From contig DASQFI010000045.1 of the NCBI GenBank assembly GCA_035633215.1, positions 76,316-140,315 of the forward strand: DNA of 64,000 nucleotides, written 5' to 3'. The stretch's first letter is position 1. Each line of letters begins with the position of its first letter. The notes below the pieces were generated by a model. The model worked only from the letters and a program-made list of their open reading frames with translations. It was not told where the DNA came from and ran no database searches. Source of the stretch: Vicinamibacterales bacterium (GTDB lineage: Bacteria; Acidobacteriota; Vicinamibacteria; Vicinamibacterales; SCN-69-37). A program made the translations under genes and the position numbers. Positions 26,031-35,762 of the stretch are shown piece by piece.

Positions 26031-27539
26031 TCACGGCACCGGTTCGGGGAGCCGGAATTGCAACGCCTCAGCCAGGTGCGGCGCTTCGACGACCGCGCGT
26101 CCGGCAAGATCGGCGATCGTGCGCGCGATTCGTAATACGCGCGTGACGCCGCGTACGCTGAGGCCCAGCCGTGTGACACCCCGGCCGAGCAGCGCCTCAG
26201 CCGTCTTGTCGGTCGGTGCGCAGATCCGCTGCACCTGTCGACCGTCGAGGTATGCGTTGAGCCGGCCCTGCCGCGCGTGTTGCGTCGATCGCGCGGCGAT
26301 CACGCGCTGCCGAACATCGCTCGTGCATTCGGCCTGAAGCGTGCCGCGCACCTCGCGCCAGGGAACCGCCTGCACTTCGACGGTGAGATCGAATCGGTCT
26401 CGCAGCGGCCCGGACAATCGCCGCCGGTACCGCTCGATCGTCGACGGGGAACAGCGGCACGTGCGCGTGCGATCCGTCGCGAAGCCGCACGGGCACGGAT
26501 TCATCGCCGCGACCAGCATGATCTCGGCCGGAAACGCGGACGAGCGCGCCGCGCGCGCGATGTGGACGACGCCCTGCTCGAGGGGCTGACGCAGCGTCTC
26601 GAGCACGCGCCGGCTGAACTCGGGCAGTTCGTCGAGAAACAGCACGCCGCCGTGCGCGAGACTGAGCTCGCCCGGCCGCGGAATGCTGCCGCCGCCGACC
26701 AGCGCGACATCCGAACACGTGTGGTGCGGCGCGCGAAACGGCCGCGATCGCAGCAGTCCGACGCCCGGCGGCAGCAATCCCGCGACCGAATGGATCGTCG
26801 TCACCGTCAGCGCCTCGTCGAAGGAGAGCGGCGGCAAGAGGCCCGGCAGCCGCCGCGCCAGCATCGTTTTCCCGGCGCCAGGCGGGCCGCTGAAGAGCAG
26901 GTGATGCGCGCCGGCCGCGGCGATCTCGAGCGCGCGGCGCCCGACGAGCTGTCCACGAACGTCGGCGAGATCCTCGGCCGACGCGGCGTCGGCGGGCTCC
27001 GGATTCACAGGGGCCGCCGCCGGGACCGGATTCGGCGCGGTCACGACCCGCGCGGCCTCGAGCAGCGACGAGACCGGGAACAGCGGCAAGCCCTCGACGA
27101 TGCCCGCTTCCGGGAGGTTGGCGGCGGGGAAGACGAGCGCGCTGGACTCGCGCCGGGCGGTCACCGCAATCGGCAGGAGACCGCGCATCGGCGGGATCCG
27201 GCCGTCGAGCGAGAGCCCGCCCACGATCGTGAAGCGTCGATCCTCGCGGTGGGGAAGCGCGCCCGACGCTGCCAGCATGCCGAGCGCAATCGGCAGGTCG
27301 AATGCCGCGCCCACCTTCCGCAAGTCGGACGGCGCGAGACTGACCGTCACGCGCCCCGATGGAACCGGGAAACCAGAGTTGCGGATCGCGGTCCTGACGC
27401 GATCGCGGCTTTCGCGCACCGTCGTGTCCGGCAATCCGACCATCGTGACGATCGGCAATCCCGGCGTGACGTCCACCTCCACCGAGACGGGAATCGCCTC
27501 GATGCCGAACACCGCGGCCGCCGACACGCGCGCGAGCAT
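26031..27539 (-). CDS. comM: YifB/ComM-family Mg-chelatase-like AAA+ ATPase
   Basis: N-terminal Lon-protease-like domain, Walker A GPPGAGKTMLARR, Walker B VLFLDELPEF, C-terminal ChlI-like region. ATG 27539 (MLARVSAAAV...) preferred over the track TTG 27560. Confidence 0.9.
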   Translation of the reverse strand: MLARVSAAAVFGIEAIPVSVEVDVTPGLPIVTMVGLPDTTVRESRDRVRTAIRNSGFPVPSGRVTVSLAPSDLRKVGAAFDLPIALGMLAASGALPHREDRRFTIVGGLSLDGRIPPMRGLLPIAVTARRESSALVFPAANLPEAGIVEGLPLFPVSSLLEAARVVTAPNPVPAAAPVNPEPADAASAEDLADVRGQLVGRRALEIAAAGAHHLLFSGPPGAGKTMLARRLPGLLPPLSFDEALTVTTIHSVAGLLPPGVGLLRSRPFRAPHHTCSDVALVGGGSIPRPGELSLAHGGVLFLDELPEFSRRVLETLRQPLEQGVVHIARAARSSAFPAEIMLVAAMNPCPCGFATDRTRTCRCSPSTIERYRRRLSGPLRDRFDLTVEVQAVPWREVRGTLQAECTSDVRQRVIAARSTQHARQGRLNAYLDGRQVQRICAPTDKTAEALLGRGVTRLGLSVRGVTRVLRIARTIADLAGRAVVEAPHLAEALQFRLPEPVP

Positions 27540-27665
27540 GCAATGACTCGGGTCGAGCAAATTCCCGGCCAGCGCGCACCAGGCGGATTCGTTCGGACGC
27601 AGCCGCCCGTGTTGGAAATTGTGCGAAGGTGGCGCGAGGGGACGTACGAAGAGAACGAGTACCGG

Positions 27666-29315
27666 CTATCGCCGAACCGTCAGTCTGAGCCCGATGGAAA
27701 TCCGATCGCCCGACAGGCGATTGAGCCGCCTGAGCGAATCCACCGTCGTGTCGAACTGCCGCGCGATGCTCGACAGGGTGTCGCCCTGCCGGACGCGGTA
27801 CGAGACCGGCGTCTGGGCGTCGGCGGTGACCGCGGGACGCGTCGCCCGGCTCGACGGCAGCGCGGTCGCCGTGCGCTGCGGAATGCTCAGCACCTGGCCC
27901 CGCCGGATCCTGGCCTTGCTGCTGAGCTCGTTGGCGGTCCGGAGCTCGGCCACGGTCACGCCGTACTTGCGGGATACCGACGTGAGCGTCTCGCGAGACT
28001 TCACTTCGTGGAACTTGAACGTGCGATAGAGCCGTTCGGCTGACGCGAGCTGCTCGCGGATCGGGGACGCCGTGCCCATCGGGACCTTGAGGCTGTGCCC
28101 GCCCATCGGCGTGGTCGTGCGGCGCAGTTCGGGATTCAGTTCCTGAATCTGCTCGATCGGCACGTCCGCCCACTCGGCGATGAACTTGAGATCGAGCGCC
28201 TCCGGCACGGTGACCGTCTCGAACGCGTGCGGTGGAGGCGCGGTGACGTCGAATCCGTAGAGCGTCGGATTCTTCCCGATGATGATCGCCGCGAGAATCA
28301 TCGGGACGTACTCCCGCGTCTCACGCGGCAGATAGCGCGACGTCGCGGTGATCTCCCAGTAGTCGCTCTTTTTCGACTGACGCGCCGCCCGCATCAGGCG
28401 GCCCTGCCCGGCGTTGTAGCTGGCCAGCGCGAAATGCCAGTCGCCGTCGAACATCTCGTGCAGCGCTTTGAGGTACTGCGCCGCCGCGATCGTCGCCTTT
28501 TCGGGATCCGACCGCTCGTCGATGAACCAGTTCGTCTTCAGGCCGTACTCGTTGCCGGTCGCCTGCATGAACTGCCACATGCCCTTGGCGCTCACGCGCG
28601 ACAGGGCGTTCAGCTTGAACGCGCTCTCGACGAGCGGCACGTACGAGAGATCCACCGGAACGCCCTGGCTCTTGAACATGCTCTGGATCATCGGCAGATA
28701 GCGCTGCCCCCGATCCAGACCCGCCTGAAAGAAGTCGTGCAGGCGGCCTTGAAAGAGCTCGACGTAGGAAAGCACTTTCTGATTGAGCGGAATCGGCACG
28801 TCACGCGGCAGCCGTTCGAGATCCCGCGCGACCGTTTCTTCCGTCGTGGCCAGCGGCGCGGGCGGCTCGAACGTGGCCGCGTTCAACAACTCGTCGATGG
28901 CCGCCGGTTCGGATTTCGACTCGGTGAAGCCGTCGCCCTCGCGAAGCGACATCACGTCGAGCGCGCTGATGCGGTCGAGCAGGTGCTCGAGCTCGGCATT
29001 CAGTCTGGGCTCGGTGCGCGCGCCGCCCTTGACCGACAGCAGCAGGTCCACCGCGCGATCGAAGTGCTCGCGCGCGGCCACCAGACGGTCGCGGTCCCAC
29101 TCCTCACGTCCCGCCGCGAATTCCTTCTCGACGCGGGCGATGAGCTCCGCGATCGGGTCCGCGACGAGCTTGACCTCGGGCGCCACGTGTCCGGTGAACG
29201 GCGCGACGGCGACGGTTGGAGGAGCCGGGGGAGGGGGGACGACTCGAGAGCGGGCACCGCACCCGACAAGCAAGCCTGCAGACGTAACGACGAGCAGTCG
29301 GGTGGCCAGAGACAT
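27666..29315 (-). CDS. MltD-like lytic transglycosylase lipoprotein with two C-terminal LysM domains
   Basis: Lipobox LLVGC after ATG 29315. SLT catalytic region VESAFKLNALSRVSAKGMWQFM. Two LysM repeats (HEVKSRETLTSVSRKYGVTVAELRTAN; YRVRQGDTLSSIARQFDTTVDSLRRLN). Confidence 0.88.
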   Translation of the reverse strand: MSLATRLLVVTSAGLLVGCGARSRVVPPPPAPPTVAVAPFTGHVAPEVKLVADPIAELIARVEKEFAAGREEWDRDRLVAAREHFDRAVDLLLSVKGGARTEPRLNAELEHLLDRISALDVMSLREGDGFTESKSEPAAIDELLNAATFEPPAPLATTEETVARDLERLPRDVPIPLNQKVLSYVELFQGRLHDFFQAGLDRGQRYLPMIQSMFKSQGVPVDLSYVPLVESAFKLNALSRVSAKGMWQFMQATGNEYGLKTNWFIDERSDPEKATIAAAQYLKALHEMFDGDWHFALASYNAGQGRLMRAARQSKKSDYWEITATSRYLPRETREYVPMILAAIIIGKNPTLYGFDVTAPPPHAFETVTVPEALDLKFIAEWADVPIEQIQELNPELRRTTTPMGGHSLKVPMGTASPIREQLASAERLYRTFKFHEVKSRETLTSVSRKYGVTVAELRTANELSSKARIRRGQVLSIPQRTATALPSSRATRPAVTADAQTPVSYRVRQGDTLSSIARQFDTTVDSLRRLNRLSGDRISIGLRLTVRR

Positions 29316-29427
29316 GCGGATCTTTAAGGAAGCGTGCTCATGGGTGCAATTCGAGTGCCGTAGGCTAACACTCGAGGTCGATCGGGTCAATCGACAAATC
29401 GGCGGATTTGTTCGGACACGAGCGCGA

Positions 29428-29526
29428 GAGCCGTTCTCACTTCCATGCAGTGCTAAACCGCTCGAATCGCGGACAGATGGGCCGAATTCTGCCCGGCGGG
29501 CCGCTACAGGAAAGTGAGAACGGCTC
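29428..29526. repeat. MITE-like 99-nt palindromic element, copy 3 of 4
   Basis: GAGCCGTTCTCACTTCC ... GGAAAGTGAGAACGGCTC. The last base overlaps the TAG stop (29526-29528, minus strand) of the aldehyde dehydrogenase gene. Flanks GA/TA. Confidence 0.75.
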
Positions 29527-31247
29527 TAGGCGTGGGGCCACGCCGCGCTCACGAATACCCGATGCGGCTGTGCGAGATCGCGCGCCGATGGAGTGACAAT
29601 CGTGCGCTCCCCGATCACAATCTTGCGCCCGAGCTTGATCGCCTGCTTCACGTCTTCTTCGCACACGAATTCGACGGCCCCGGCCGCATCCGGGTTGGCG
29701 GCCGGCGCCGGTGGCGACGCGCCGCCACCCAGGAGCGCGTCGACCTGCCGTCGCATCGCGGGCGCATCGATCCCGGCCGATGCGGGCGCCGCCGCAATTT
29801 TGGGCAACCAGCTGTCGTCTGCAGTCGCGCGCTTCGGAGGCGCGACCGGCTGACCGTCAACGCGCACCACGGCGGGACGTACCTCGTACGCGAGTCGCTT
29901 GATGTTCAAAAGATGCCGCGGCGAGATGTTGTCCGACGTGATGTTGCCGCCGAACCCGCCGCACCCCAGCGTCATCGCGGGATCGAGTCCCGTCGTGAGT
30001 CCGATCGCTCCGTGCGTCGTGGGTGTGTTGACGACGATGCGGTACGCGGGTTTCTTCAAGCCGAACTCGAGAATCACGTCCTCGTTCCGCGAGTGGATGG
30101 ACATCGTGTGGCCCATCCCGCCGTACCGCAGGATCTGTTTGCAGCGCTCGCAGCCTTCGCGCCAGTCAGCGACGACGTAGTACGAGAGGACCGGGCAGAG
30201 CTTCTCGATCGACAGCGGGAACTCGCGTCCGACACCCTTCAATTCGGCGATCAGCGCGCGCGTCTTGGGCGGAATGCTGAATCCCGCCTGTTGGGCGAGG
30301 AAGGAGGCCGGCTTGCCCACGAGCTTCGGATTCGGAAGACGCTGCGGAGAGACAAGCACAGCCGCGAGCTTGTCGGCTTCTGCCGGCGACATGAAATACG
30401 CGCCCTGGCTCGTAAACTGCCGCTTCACTTCGTCGGCGACAGCGGCATCGACCACGACGGAGTTCGGCGACGAGCAGAGCACGCCGTTGTCGAAGCACTT
30501 GCCGACGAGGATGTCGCTCGCGGCCTTGGCCAGGTCCGCGGACTTCTCGATGTAGCACGGCGCGTTGCCGGGCCCGACGCCGTACGCCGGCTTGCCGGCG
30601 CTGTAGGCGGCGCGCACGAGTCCCATCCCGCCCGTCGCCAGAATCACGGCGACGTCCCGGTGCTTCATCAGCTCCTGCGTGCCTTCGATCGTCACCGTCT
30701 GCATCCAGTTGACGGCCCCCGCGGGCGCGCCGGCGCTCGCGGCCGCTTCGGCCATGACCTCGGCGACGCGGGTGATGCACCGCGCGGCGGACGGATGCGG
30801 GCTGATGACGATCGGGCAACGCGCTTTGAGCGAGATCAGAATCTTGTAGATCGCCGTGGACGTCGGATTGGTCGAGGGAACGATCGCGGCCACGACGCCG
30901 AACGGCTCCGCGATCTCGACGAGTTTGCGCGCCTCGTCGCGGGCAACGACACCCACGGTCTTCATCGGGCGGATGAATCGATACACCTGCTCGGAGGAGA
31001 AAAGGTTCTTCTCGATCTTGTCAGCGACGACGCCGTAGGTCGTCTCCTCGACGGCCAGCCGTGCGAACTCTTCGGCGCGCGAAGTCGCGGCCGCGGCGGC
31101 CGCATCGATGATCTTGTCGATCTGGGCCTGGCTGAACTCGGCGAGAACCGGCGCGGCCTGCTTGGCGCGCTGCGCCAGGCGTCGAGCTTCCTGGATTGAA
31201 GTGAGATCGCGGTCGGTCGGAGCGGCGGTTGTTGCGGTCGCAGCCAT
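29526..31247 (-). CDS. CoA-acylating aldehyde dehydrogenase (EutE/PduP/SucD-like) with ~117-aa C-terminal extension
   Basis: Catalytic context KCFDNGVLCSSPNS (Cys258). Core ends near residue 456. Extension is Pro/Ala-rich linkers plus two ordered-looking segments. 13 nt downstream of a BMC-H gene. Confidence 0.9.
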   Translation of the reverse strand: MAATATTAAPTDRDLTSIQEARRLAQRAKQAAPVLAEFSQAQIDKIIDAAAAAATSRAEEFARLAVEETTYGVVADKIEKNLFSSEQVYRFIRPMKTVGVVARDEARKLVEIAEPFGVVAAIVPSTNPTSTAIYKILISLKARCPIVISPHPSAARCITRVAEVMAEAAASAGAPAGAVNWMQTVTIEGTQELMKHRDVAVILATGGMGLVRAAYSAGKPAYGVGPGNAPCYIEKSADLAKAASDILVGKCFDNGVLCSSPNSVVVDAAVADEVKRQFTSQGAYFMSPAEADKLAAVLVSPQRLPNPKLVGKPASFLAQQAGFSIPPKTRALIAELKGVGREFPLSIEKLCPVLSYYVVADWREGCERCKQILRYGGMGHTMSIHSRNEDVILEFGLKKPAYRIVVNTPTTHGAIGLTTGLDPAMTLGCGGFGGNITSDNISPRHLLNIKRLAYEVRPAVVRVDGQPVAPPKRATADDSWLPKIAAAPASAGIDAPAMRRQVDALLGGGASPPAPAANPDAAGAVEFVCEEDVKQAIKLGRKIVIGERTIVTPSARDLAQPHRVFVSAAWPHA

Positions 31248-31260
31248 GGGGCCTGGGGCC

Positions 31261-31548
31261 TTAGGCCTTCACGGGACTCTTCGGAAGGACCCGTTCAACC
31301 TCAGCATGCGGACGCGGAATGACGTGCACCGAGACGAGTTCGCCGACGCGTCTGGCCGCGGCGGCGCCCGCATCGGTCGCGGCTTTGATTGCGCCGACGT
31401 CACCGCGCGCGAAGACGGTCACTAAGCCTGCGCCGATGTATTCCTTGCCGACGAGGACGACGTTGGCGGCCTTCACCATTGCATCGGCGGCCTCGATGGC
31501 GCCGATGAGACCGCGGGTTTCGATCATGCCGAGCGCGTCTGCAGTCAT
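31261..31548 (-). CDS. Bacterial microcompartment hexamer shell protein (BMC-H, PduA/EutM/CcmK family)
   Basis: [77 protein letters not shown] is near-colinear with PduA as I recall it. Confidence 0.95.
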   Translation of the reverse strand: MTADALGMIETRGLIGAIEAADAMVKAANVVLVGKEYIGAGLVTVFARGDVGAIKAATDAGAAAARRVGELVSVHVIPRPHAEVERVLPKSPVKA

Positions 31549-31624
31549 GAAAACGTGGAGGGCGAAATCGCCGCAAGGCTAACATATTGAACAGCATGCG
31601 GCAATACGGTACCATGCACAGCTC

Positions 31625-32521
31625 GTGACGGGTTTTCGAGTTCGTCGACTCCTCTCGGTCGCCGCCGCCGCGCCGCTCGCGTTTTTCATCGCTTGTTCCC
31701 AGGGAGACACGGCGCCGCCGGTCGCGACGGTGACGTTCTCGGCCAACAAAGCGCGCGTGCCGCTCGGCAGTCCGGTCGAGCTGACCTATCGCTTCAACGT
31801 CGCGCCCGACGCGAAGTTCGACAACGACTATCGCGTGTTCGTGCACTTCGTCGACGCCGATGGCGGCGTCCTGTGGGCCGACGACCACGATCCGTCGCCA
31901 CCGACGTCGCAGTGGCGGGCGGGCCAGACCATCCAGTACACCCGGACCCGGTTTCTGCCGGTCGTGCCGTTCCTGGGGGAAGTGAAGGTCACGATCGGGC
32001 TGCATCGCGACTCGGTGCGGCTGCCGCTGCAGGGGCTGGACCCGGCCGATCGCGAGTCGACGACCCGGGAGTACAAGGTCGGCACGCTCCATCTGCTCCC
32101 GACGTCCGAGAACATTTTCATTTTCAAGAAGAACGGCTGGCACCCGACGGAATTCGCGCCGGAGAACCCGTCGCTCGAATGGGAATGGAGCCAGAAGGTT
32201 GCGACGCTGACGCTCAAGAACCCGCGGAAGGACGTCTTCTTCTATCTGGAGTTCGACGCCCGCACCGATGTGTTCACCGATCGCCCCCAGCAGGTGACCA
32301 TCTACTCCGGGGACCAGGTGATTGACACGTTCCCGGCCAGCAACAGCGGGCCGGCGCTGAAGAAAATCCCCATCACCGCGGCCCAGCTCGGGACCAATGA
32401 AATGGCCGAGCTGCGCATTGAAGTGGACCGGACCTTCGTACCGGCCAAGCTCCCCGCCGGCGGACGCGATGTTCGCGAGCTCGGTATTCGTGTCTATAAC
32501 GTTTTCGTTGAGACTCGATAA
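31625..32521 (+). CDS. Hypothetical lipoprotein
   Basis: GTG start. Lipobox-like LAFFIAC. No recognised motif. Codon usage looks coding-like. Confidence 0.6.
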   Translation: MTGFRVRRLLSVAAAAPLAFFIACSQGDTAPPVATVTFSANKARVPLGSPVELTYRFNVAPDAKFDNDYRVFVHFVDADGGVLWADDHDPSPPTSQWRAGQTIQYTRTRFLPVVPFLGEVKVTIGLHRDSVRLPLQGLDPADRESTTREYKVGTLHLLPTSENIFIFKKNGWHPTEFAPENPSLEWEWSQKVATLTLKNPRKDVFFYLEFDARTDVFTDRPQQVTIYSGDQVIDTFPASNSGPALKKIPITAAQLGTNEMAELRIEVDRTFVPAKLPAGGRDVRELGIRVYNVFVETR

Positions 32522-32804
32522 AATTAACGAGCGTTTTACAAAAACTCCCCAGGGTGGCGTGCCCAGGATCAGCCGTTTCTACCCAGATGTGGTCTAAATG
32601 GCGGTAACTGACACGTCCGTCGCAGGTCGTGGGTTATTACAACAGAGTCGGGACGATTCGACTGCCCCCACGAAGGTCGGCCCGCCTTCGCAAAGCGCTC
32701 GCTCCGCGAGCTGCTTCGGCGAGGCAAGCTGGGCCGAGGTCCTCGGGAGCAAAGGATTGAGCACGTACGGGGCGAAGCCCGGGGTTGCAAAGCGAACGAG
32801 CGAG

Positions 32805-32889
32805 CGAGTGAGCGCGCGCGAACGGAGCGGGGCTATGGGGCCCCCGCGAGTGAGCGCGTAGGGGGGTCCGCGGGGGCGAAGCCCCCCGG
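32805..32889 (-). repeat. GC-rich ~85-nt intergenic repeat, copy B of 3 (inverted orientation)
   Basis: Reverse complement reads ccggggggcttcgcccccgcggacccccctacgcgctcactcgcgggggccccatagccccgctccgttcgcg... Ends 8 nt before the gspF-like start. Confidence 0.6.
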
Positions 32890-32896
32890 ATTAAAG

Positions 32897-34114
32897 ATGG
32901 AATACCGTTGCCGGGTAGCCACCGCAAGCGGCCAGATCATGGAGGCGACCTACGTCTCCGAAAACGAGGCCCGGCTGCGCCTCGAGCTCGAGGAAAAGGG
33001 CCTGTATCTTCTGTCCGTCCAGGGCGGAGCCGGGCTCAAGGTCGGCGGGCTCCAACTTCGGCTTCCCAGACGCCGGAAGATCCCCTCGGCTGAGTTCATT
33101 ATCTTCAATCAGGAGCTGGCGACCCTCCTGAAGGCCGGCCTCCCGCTGGTTCAGTCGCTCGACATTCTCCGGAAACGCGTGCCCAACCCGACCTTCAAGG
33201 CCGCACTCGACGACGTCTACGAGCGCGTCCGGTCCGGCAGCGCCCTCTCCGAGGCCTTCGAGGCCCAGCGGCTGTTTACCGGCGTGTACACGGCCTCCCT
33301 CATGGCGGGGGAGAAGAGCGGCAGCCTCGAACAGGTGATTCGGCGGTACGTCCAACACGTCAAGGTTCTAGCGGCCATCCGCGGGAAGGTGATCTCGGCG
33401 CTCATCTACCCTGCCGTCCTGGTCCTCCTCTCCATCGCCGTCGTCAGCCTGATCGTCTTCAAGGTCGTGCCCGAATTTGCGGCGTTCTACTCGCAGGAGG
33501 GCACAGGCGCCCAGTTGCCACTTTCGACCCGGATTGTCGTGGCGATTTCGACGACGCTGGTCGGGAACGGGGGTCTGATTGTCGCGGCCATCGTGGGCTT
33601 GGTCACCGTGGGGGTGCTCTGGTTCCGGCAGCCCAAGGCGCGAGCCCTACTTCACGCCTGGGTCCTGAAACTGCCGTACTTCGGCCCGCTGGCCAGAAAG
33701 TTCGCGACCGCCCAGGTATCCCGGACCCTCGCGACCCTGCTCTCGGGTGGTATCCCCCTAGTGAACTCCCTCGACATTGCCGCGAAATCGGTCGGAAACC
33801 GGCATATCGCCGACCATCTGGCGGTGGTGGCGAAGCAGGTCCGGGAAGGGGGGAGCCTGGCGGGGTCCCTGGCCGAGCGGAAGATCTTCCCCCACGTGGC
33901 CGTCGAGATGGTGGAAGTGGGCGAGTCCACGGGCGCATTGGCCGATATGTTGAACAGCGTGGCCGACTTCTACGACGAGGAGAACGAGACCAGCCTGACC
34001 CGGTTCTCCAACCTCATCCAGCCTCTGCTGCTCATCGTCATGGGCGTCATCATCGCGGGGCTCCTGCTGTCGCTCTACATGCCCCTGTTCCAGTTGTCGT
34101 CGACTCGAGGCTGA
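32897..34114 (+). CDS. Type II secretion / type IV pilus platform protein (GspF/PilC family)
   Basis: 405 aa. Two T2SF repeats, three TM segments, GESTGALADML motif. Confidence 0.9.
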   Translation: MEYRCRVATASGQIMEATYVSENEARLRLELEEKGLYLLSVQGGAGLKVGGLQLRLPRRRKIPSAEFIIFNQELATLLKAGLPLVQSLDILRKRVPNPTFKAALDDVYERVRSGSALSEAFEAQRLFTGVYTASLMAGEKSGSLEQVIRRYVQHVKVLAAIRGKVISALIYPAVLVLLSIAVVSLIVFKVVPEFAAFYSQEGTGAQLPLSTRIVVAISTTLVGNGGLIVAAIVGLVTVGVLWFRQPKARALLHAWVLKLPYFGPLARKFATAQVSRTLATLLSGGIPLVNSLDIAAKSVGNRHIADHLAVVAKQVREGGSLAGSLAERKIFPHVAVEMVEVGESTGALADMLNSVADFYDEENETSLTRFSNLIQPLLLIVMGVIIAGLLLSLYMPLFQLSSTRG

Positions 34115-34115
34115 C

Positions 34116-35762
34116 ATGGCTGACTCTCTCACCTCTTCTGCGGACACCCTGTACGTGGAGCCGCAGGCAGTCCCGGTCGATCAAGCGGCCGAGGAGAGCC
34201 ACGCGCGCAAGATTGCGGATCGCTACGAGCTCGAGTTCGTGGACCTCGTGCACTTCCACGTCGATCACGCCCTGTTTCGGAGCATTCCGGCCGATCTGAT
34301 GCTTCGGTACGGCTTCGTCCCGTACCGCCGGGAGGGGCCGACCCTCCTGATCGTGGTATCCGACCCGAGCGACCTCCAGACCATCGACGAGGTGGCGGTC
34401 CAGCTGAACACGCCGATTCGGGTCTGCGTCGGGACGCCGTCGGCCATCCAGTCGATCCTGAAGAAGAGCGAAAGCTCCCAGCGGGTGCTCGAGGAGGCGA
34501 CCGAGGGCTTTCAGATCCAGATCCTTCGCGAGGACGAGACCGGCGAAGAAAACCTGACCGTCGACAAGCTGACCTCGGATGCGAGCCCCGTCATCCGGCT
34601 GGTCGACTCGATGATCTTCACGGCGCTGCAGCGCCGCGCCTCGGACATCCACGTCGAGACGCAGGACGACTCGGTGCACGTGAAGTACCGCATCGACGGC
34701 GTGCTGCAGCAGGCGATGCGGCCGATCGACAAGCGGTTCCACAGCACGATCATCTCGCGCGTCAAGGTCATGGCCGAGCTCGACATCGCCGAGAAGCGCA
34801 TCCCGCAGGACGGCCGCTTCAAGCTGCGCGTCCGCGGCAAGACGATCGACTTCCGCGTGTCGATCATGCCGAGCGTGCACGGCGAGGACGCCGTCATCCG
34901 CATTCTCGACAAGGAATCGATCAGCGAGCAGTTCACGGAGCTGCGGCTCGACATCCTCGGATTTCCCGACGAGGAGCTGCGGCGCTTCCGTAAGTACATC
35001 CGCGAGCCGTACGGCATGGTGCTCGTCACGGGGCCGACCGGCTCCGGCAAGACGACCACGCTCTACGCGGCGCTGTCCGAGATCAAGACGATCGAGGACA
35101 AGATCATCACGATCGAAGACCCGGTCGAGTACCAGCTCCGGGGCATCACCCAGATTCCCATCAACGAGAAGAAGGGGCTGACGTTCGCGCGCGGGCTGCG
35201 GTCGATTCTGCGTCACGACCCGGACAAGATCATGGTCGGCGAGATCCGCGACCCCGAGACCGCACAGATTGCGATTCAGTCGGCGCTCACGGGGCACCTC
35301 GTGTTCACGACGGTGCACGCCAACAACGTCATCGACGTGCTCGGCCGGTTCCTGAACATGGGCGTCGAGGCGTATCAGTTCGTTGCGGCGCTCAACTGCG
35401 TGCTGGCGCAGCGGCTCGTGCGGCGGATCTGCGAGCACTGCAAGCAGCCGGTGCAGGTCTCGCGGGAGCAGCTCATCGAGTCGGCGATGGATCCGTCGCT
35501 CGGATCGACGCACGCGTTCTGGGAAGGCGCCGGTTGCATCGAGTGCGGCGGCACCGGCTTCAAGGGACGGACGGCGATCTGCGAGCTCATGGATCTCACG
35601 GACAAAATCCGTGACATGATTCTCGATCGTCGGCCGACATCGGAAATCAAGCGGGCAGCGAAGGACGAAGGTATGACGTTCCTTCGCCAGTGCGCGGTCG
35701 GTCGTGTGCTCAACGGCGTGACGACGCTGCGCGAGATCAACAAAGTGACGTTCGTCGAATGA
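34116..35762 (+). CDS. GspE/PilB-family secretion ATPase
   Basis: T2SSE_N-like N-terminus, Walker A GPTGSGKTTT, Asp box, Walker B IMVGEIRD, His box, tetracysteine CEHC...CIECGGTG. Confidence 0.93.
   Translation: MADSLTSSADTLYVEPQAVPVDQAAEESHARKIADRYELEFVDLVHFHVDHALFRSIPADLMLRYGFVPYRREGPTLLIVVSDPSDLQTIDEVAVQLNTPIRVCVGTPSAIQSILKKSESSQRVLEEATEGFQIQILREDETGEENLTVDKLTSDASPVIRLVDSMIFTALQRRASDIHVETQDDSVHVKYRIDGVLQQAMRPIDKRFHSTIISRVKVMAELDIAEKRIPQDGRFKLRVRGKTIDFRVSIMPSVHGEDAVIRILDKESISEQFTELRLDILGFPDEELRRFRKYIREPYGMVLVTGPTGSGKTTTLYAALSEIKTIEDKIITIEDPVEYQLRGITQIPINEKKGLTFARGLRSILRHDPDKIMVGEIRDPETAQIAIQSALTGHLVFTTVHANNVIDVLGRFLNMGVEAYQFVAALNCVLAQRLVRRICEHCKQPVQVSREQLIESAMDPSLGSTHAFWEGAGCIECGGTGFKGRTAICELMDLTDKIRDMILDRRPTSEIKRAAKDEGMTFLRQCAVGRVLNGVTTLREINKVTFVE

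Noticed and set aside
31549-31624. Sigma-54-like TGGTAC-N-TTGC upstream of the BMC-H gene (minus strand: tggtaccgtattgcc).
   Set aside because: The GG-to-GC spacing is one nucleotide shorter than the strictly conserved spacing.
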